Below, piece after piece: positions 62,241 to 64,000 of a DNA stretch of 64,000 bases. The DNA is taken from NCBI RefSeq assembly GCF_009914755.1, contig NC_060932.1. The stretch is one strand, 5' to 3'. Position 1 is the first letter of the stretch. Each line of letters starts with the position of its first letter. Under the pieces are notes generated by a model. That model worked only from the letters and a program-made list of their open reading frames with translations. It made no database searches and was not told where the DNA came from. This DNA is from the human T2T-CHM13v2.0 reference genome, Homo sapiens. Position numbers and translations under genes: made by a program.

Positions 62241-63676
62241 TCAACTATTAAATCAGCACTTTTACTTCATAGTTTCCTATGAGTTTTAAAAACTAAGTCT
62301 TTCAGGAAAAACTATCTTCAGTCATTTTTAAAAACATTCAAGAGCTAAATATGTAAATTATTTCAATGTGAAAACAGGAAAAACCACATTAAAGAGCCTT
62401 AAAATGATATAATTATAACTATATATACCAGTTTGCCTATGATAGTGCCAGTTTAAGCCTATTGGCTAAGCCTAACTATTAATTTCACTCAAAAACGTCC
62501 CTGTTCAGACAATAAATTATATGGCCATCACAGATTAAAGGGAAGACTCCATATTTTCACTAAGAAATGCATCACCATTTTTTTCCACAAGCAAGTACTA
62601 TTACAAGCCTGATCAGAAATAGTATCCAAGTACACATCTGCTCCTGGGCAGACCTTACAAGTATCTCAAACTCATATCTCCATGAGAGGTAGATAAGCTA
62701 CGTAAACAAGGGAAGCCAAGATAACAGGGAAGACAGGAGACTATCTGCCTATCTAAAAACACTCAAATTCTTTTCTATAAGCACTGCTGATTTAATCCAT
62801 TACACCACCAGCAGCTGCCAGTTTACAATCTCTGCTACACAAGCCCTCCATTGAGTTTAAAGACAACCGTCAAAATATCTCTCCAGTTTCTCCATTCACC
62901 TGACTGTTACCATAGAGAATACAGGTATTCCCACTCTGGCCTGCTGTGTGCAGTGTTTTCTCCTATCAGAATCCAAACCACCTACCAGTCCCCGTACGTC
63001 AATCGCCATTAACATTCCTCTAACCAGCTCACTATCTATATAAAGATTAATGTGTTAAACTAAGCATATTCTAATAGAGGTCTATTGGTAGTCACAAAAG
63101 ACAGTACTGGAATCAGTTGATTCCTTTTATCTATAATTACAGTGAGCAACATAATTTTTAATATTAAACTAACAAGTACTGGGAAAACCTGTTTCTACTT
63201 TCTGTGGTTTGCTTATCAAATTAATCCTACAATTTTGATCCCGTTATACAGTTCTCAAGGTACACAGAATGACTCAAAATGAACTAAGGATATCATACCT
63301 AGTATGGAATTAGTCCACAGCTTGCAAACTTAAAGCCCATGGGCCAAGTCTTGTCCATATAGGTGGCTGGTTTAAAATGTGTATTTATCATCAAAAACAA
63401 GGAAAAGTCTGAGAAACGGTCACAGTCAAGAGGAATCTAATGAGAAAGGGTGACTAAATATAAAGTGGAATCCTGGATGGGATCTTAGAACAGAAAAAGG
63501 GCATTATGAAAAACTAAGGAAATGTGAATAACCTATGGATGACTTTAGTATCACCACTCATTAATTGTAACACATGTACCATACTAACATTAGATTTTAA
63601 TAATATTGGAAACTAGACATGGGGTACATGGGAACTCTCAGTATGATGTTTGAAATTTTGTCAATCTAAAACCATA

Positions 63677-63998
<322 letters not shown>

Positions 63999-64000
63999 AA

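Overview
Primate (very probably human, chr8q22) genomic DNA lying entirely inside the UBR5/EDD1 HECT E3 ubiquitin-ligase gene on the - strand. I reconstructed 29 consecutive coding exons (57006 down to 3520, 4203 nt). All junctions are phase-consistent and correspond to about aa 129-1530, roughly exons 6-34 (numbering from recall). They include the UBA and UBR-box domains, one GC-AG intron and an 18-nt alternative acceptor. The introns carry a full-length but dead L1PA3/4 antisense to UBR5, more than 20 Alus, and old L1M, L2, MIR and Tigger/Charlie fossils. The most interesting unexplained structure: (1) a repeat-poor intron (10067-13957) with candidate poison exons, one with its 5' splice site inside a hairpin; (2) an L1 antisense-promoter ORF0 that is in frame with the next UBR5 exon except for a single TGA; (3) an apparent Alu-Alu-mediated inversion that split an old L1M; (4) a ~100-bp structured retroposed insert with a perfect 16-bp TSD. 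No prokaryotic systems, CRISPR, tRNA or rRNA were seen. Repeat subfamily calls are from recalled consensus sequences and their boundaries are approximate.
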